A stretch of 58,729 nucleotides of DNA, taken from positions 1 through 58,729 of the forward strand of contig JBCCHT010000060.1 in NCBI GenBank assembly GCA_039028615.1, in the 5' to 3' direction. A program made the position numbers and the translations under genes. The DNA comes from Myxococcota bacterium (lineage in GTDB: Bacteria > Myxococcota_A > Polyangia > Nannocystales > Nannocystaceae). Each line of letters opens with the position of its first letter. Position 1 is the stretch's first letter. The notes below the pieces were generated by a model. The model worked only from the letters and a program-made list of their open reading frames with translations. It searched no databases and was not told where the DNA came from. Positions 56,128-58,729 of the stretch are shown here, piece after piece.

Positions 56128-57108
56128 TCAGGGCGTGGGTCGGTCGAGGCCGACGATGTCGTAGCTGGCCGCGACGAGTTTTTTGGCCGTGTCCATGTCG
56201 CGGGCGTGCGGGTTTGGGGTCTGCATGGGCCAGCCTCCGTCCTTGCACTCGGGGTCGCGGTACAGGACGCTGCTCTGGCTGAAGTAGGCGCCGGAGTGTC
56301 GAGGGGCGTCGTCCGAGAGCATGACGTGGAGTGACGTCTGGGCGGACTCTTCGTTGCTGTCGGTCATGCCGAAGACGTTGACGAAGGGGCGAACGAGGGT
56401 CATGGCGGCGCGCATCATGAAGCCACCGCCGCCGCCGAAGTTCGAGCGGGCCCAGCCGGGATGGACCGAGGCCGTGGTGACGCCAGTGCCCTTCATGCGA
56501 TCGGCCAGCTCCATGGCGTACAGGGTGGTGGCGACCTTGGCCTCGCCGTAGGCGCCGAAGTTGCTGAAGTCGCGCCGCTCGTAGTTGAGGTCGTCGAGGT
56601 GGATCTGCGGCCGATCCTTGGGGTTGCCCGCGTGCACCACGGAGGACAGGATCAGCACGCGAGAAGGCCCGCTCTTTTGGAGCACGTCGAGCAGCAGCTC
56701 GGTCAGCAAAAAGTGGCCGAAGTAGCTGATGCCGATGGTGGTCTCGAGCCCGTCCTTGGTGCGACGGAGCTCGCCGGACATGTTGACCATGCCGGCATTG
56801 CACGCGAGACCGTCGAGCCGCGGGTGCTTGGCGAGGAATGCAGCGACGAAGTCTCGAACCGACTGTAGATCGGCCAGATCGACCTTCATGACCTCGTGGG
56901 TCCCCTTCAGCTCGGTGAAGCTCGCGGCCGCCTCGGCGCCCGCGTCGGGACGTCGGCACGCCATCACGACGTGCCCGCCTTGAGCGACCAGCTGACGCGT
57001 CGTCTCGAGACCGACGCCCGAGTTGGCGCCCGTGACGATATAGACCTTGCCGCTGAGGTCCTTGGCGCGGGTCTGCTCCGAGATGCTGTGTTTGGTTCGC
57101 TTGCTCAT
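56128..57108 (-). CDS. Short-chain dehydrogenase/reductase (retinol dehydrogenase/WWOX-like)
   Basis: VTGANSGVG, DLADLQSV, CNAG, GHFLLT, YGEAK, VHPG. Confidence 0.92.
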   Translation of the reverse strand: MSKRTKHSISEQTRAKDLSGKVYIVTGANSGVGLETTRQLVAQGGHVVMACRRPDAGAEAAASFTELKGTHEVMKVDLADLQSVRDFVAAFLAKHPRLDGLACNAGMVNMSGELRRTKDGLETTIGISYFGHFLLTELLLDVLQKSGPSRVLILSSVVHAGNPKDRPQIHLDDLNYERRDFSNFGAYGEAKVATTLYAMELADRMKGTGVTTASVHPGWARSNFGGGGGFMMRAAMTLVRPFVNVFGMTDSNEESAQTSLHVMLSDDAPRHSGAYFSQSSVLYRDPECKDGGWPMQTPNPHARDMDTAKKLVAASYDIVGLDRPTP

Positions 57109-57310
57109 GGTCTTGCTCCTGCGCTGACGTCCCCACCATGAGCCCGACACGACGACACGGCGATTGCCAGGCGCGCCAAATGCCTTCCAGAAACCGCCAA
57201 TCTGCGACCGACCGGGCGTGGCCGAGTTTGGCGCGCCCCGCCAGGAAGCTGGCGCGACTGGCAAGTGCAGGGACTCGACACGCCCGCTAGCCTGATGGGG
57301 CGAGACCGCC

Positions 57311-58303
57311 ATGCCACCACACGGATACTCCCTCGGACCCGGCTGGAAGGGGCTCCTCGCCCAGCTCGGCATCTGTCATGAGGACGTGCTGCGGCGGGCG
57401 CAGCTGCCGGAAGACCTGCTGAACTCCGACGAGCCCCGCGTACCCGCGGAGCAGTTCTTCGCGTTCTCGACCGCCCTCGAGCAGTCCTTCGACGACGCGA
57501 GCCTCCCGCTGTTGCTGGTCGAGGCGATGAGTCCCGAGTTCTTCTCGCCTCCGGTCTTCGCCGCGCTGTGCAGCCCGAGCCTCGAGATCGCGGCCGAGCG
57601 CCTGTCGAGGTTCAAGCCGCTCATCGGGCCCGTCGATCTGCACGTGGAGCGCGACGAGTCGGGGCTGACGCTCGAGTACCACTGGCACGAGACGGCCATC
57701 CCTCCTCCCGCGTCGCTGTCGGGCTCCGAGATCCTGTTCATCGTCAAGCTCGCTCGCATGGGCACCCGCTTCGAGATCAAGCCGACGCGAGTGCACCTGC
57801 CCGCACTCCCGCCCGACCACGAGGCCTACGAGAAGTGGCTCGGTGTTCGGATCCAAGTCGCCCCGTCGCTGTCCGTGCAGTTCAGCGCCGAAGATGCGAC
57901 CCGCCCCTTCCTGTCCGCCAACGGTTCGATGTGGACGATCTTCGAGCCGGAGCTGCGTCGACGCCTCGCCGACTTGGAACACTCTGCGACCGTCGAAGAG
58001 CGCACCCGGGCCGTCCTCCTCGAAGCCCTCCCGAGCGGCCAAGTCTCCCTCGACAACGTCGCCCGCCGCCTCGCCACCAGCTCACGAAGCCTCCAGCGAA
58101 AGCTCCGTGAAGAGGGCACCAGCTTCAAGGCCGTCGTCCGCGGCACCCGCGAGCGCCTCGCCAACCACTACCTGTCTCGCACCCCCCTATCGACCACCGA
58201 AATCGCCTTCCTCCTGGGCTTCGAAGACGCCACCTCCTTCTTCCGAGCCTTCCACTCCTGGACCGGAAGCACCCCCGACCGCGTCCGCCGAGCCCAGCAC
58301 TAA
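57311..58303 (+). CDS. AraC family transcriptional regulator
   Basis: N-terminal ligand-binding domain, RSLQRKLREEGTSF, EIAFLLGFEDATSFFRAFHSWTG. Divergent from the SDR. Confidence 0.92.
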   Translation: MPPHGYSLGPGWKGLLAQLGICHEDVLRRAQLPEDLLNSDEPRVPAEQFFAFSTALEQSFDDASLPLLLVEAMSPEFFSPPVFAALCSPSLEIAAERLSRFKPLIGPVDLHVERDESGLTLEYHWHETAIPPPASLSGSEILFIVKLARMGTRFEIKPTRVHLPALPPDHEAYEKWLGVRIQVAPSLSVQFSAEDATRPFLSANGSMWTIFEPELRRRLADLEHSATVEERTRAVLLEALPSGQVSLDNVARRLATSSRSLQRKLREEGTSFKAVVRGTRERLANHYLSRTPLSTTEIAFLLGFEDATSFFRAFHSWTGSTPDRVRRAQH

Positions 58304-58341
58304 CCCACCGTCTCGACACCACCCCATCGGGGGCCAACCCC

Positions 58342-58515
58342 GTCGGAGTCACCCCACTCCGCCCCCCGCCAAGTACCAAAGCGAAGGGACGCCTGCTCCA
58401 CTGCAAACCCCAAGGGTCCGCACCGACGAGCGAGCCCCACGGCCCCGCCCGACGCCCCCAAGCACCAGACCGACGTCGAGTCGGAGTCACCCCACTCCGC
58501 CACCCGCCAAGTGCC
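58342..58515. repeat. Two 36-bp direct repeats containing a small palindrome (REP-like)
   Basis: GTCGGAGTCACCCCACTCCGCC(C/A)CCCGCCAAGT(A/G)CC at 58342-58377 and 58480-58515; internal hairpin CGGAGT-caCCCC-ACTCCG. Confidence 0.7.
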
Positions 58516-58729
58516 GTAAGCGGAGGAGCGTCAGCTCCCCTCGCAAACCGAAAGGGGCCGCGCCGACGGGGGGGCCCCAGGCCCCGACCGAGGACTTAAG
58601 GCGGGCCGCAACCGTACCGCCCAACCACCTCCGCCACGCCCGCCCCGCAGGGAGGGGTTTGGGGGGGTACCCGTCGACAGCAGGCCCCGTCCCCGCAGCG
58701 GGCGCACACCCACGAGGACTCCAAACAAA

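Noticed and set aside
58342..58515. Possible CRISPR array
   Set aside because: Only two repeats, a 102-bp gap and no cas genes.

Overview
High-GC, gene-dense bacterial DNA. The gene content (three Hanks-type Ser/Thr kinases, a TonB-C/AgmX-like lipoprotein, FG-GAP and Cys-rich-repeat lipoproteins, an ECF sigma factor) points to a myxobacterium, probably Nannocystaceae-like; this is an inference. From left to right: a truncated Zn-finger kinase; a ~15 kb divergent carbohydrate-uptake locus (oligosaccharide-type ABC transporter, CBM-like lipoproteins, two CE4 deacetylases, a putative outer-membrane barrel, HupE/UreJ); a TPR gene pair; glgC; an S41 protease; a hidden UGA-readthrough selenoprotein (peroxiredoxin-like, UxxC motif plus SECIS-like hairpin) divergent from a kinase-AAA-TPR-hemerythrin protein; a periplasmic IorAB-type molybdoenzyme operon facing sufS and an unusual SufU-XdhC-MocA fusion; a 156-bp MITE; ftsEX-envC; a kinase; a porin; three tandem FG-GAP lipoproteins; a TetR pair with a perfect operator; an ECF sigma/anti-sigma fusion cassette with a thrice-repeated promoter motif; an SDR/AraC pair; and REP-like repeats. 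At least eight genes look leaderless. No rRNA, tRNA or CRISPR array was seen. The best candidates for undescribed biology are the SufS + SufU-XdhC-MocA Moco-maturation module, the PUL-like chito-oligosaccharide locus, and the selenoprotein/hemerythrin-kinase pair. All family assignments come from motif recognition by eye; no searches were run.
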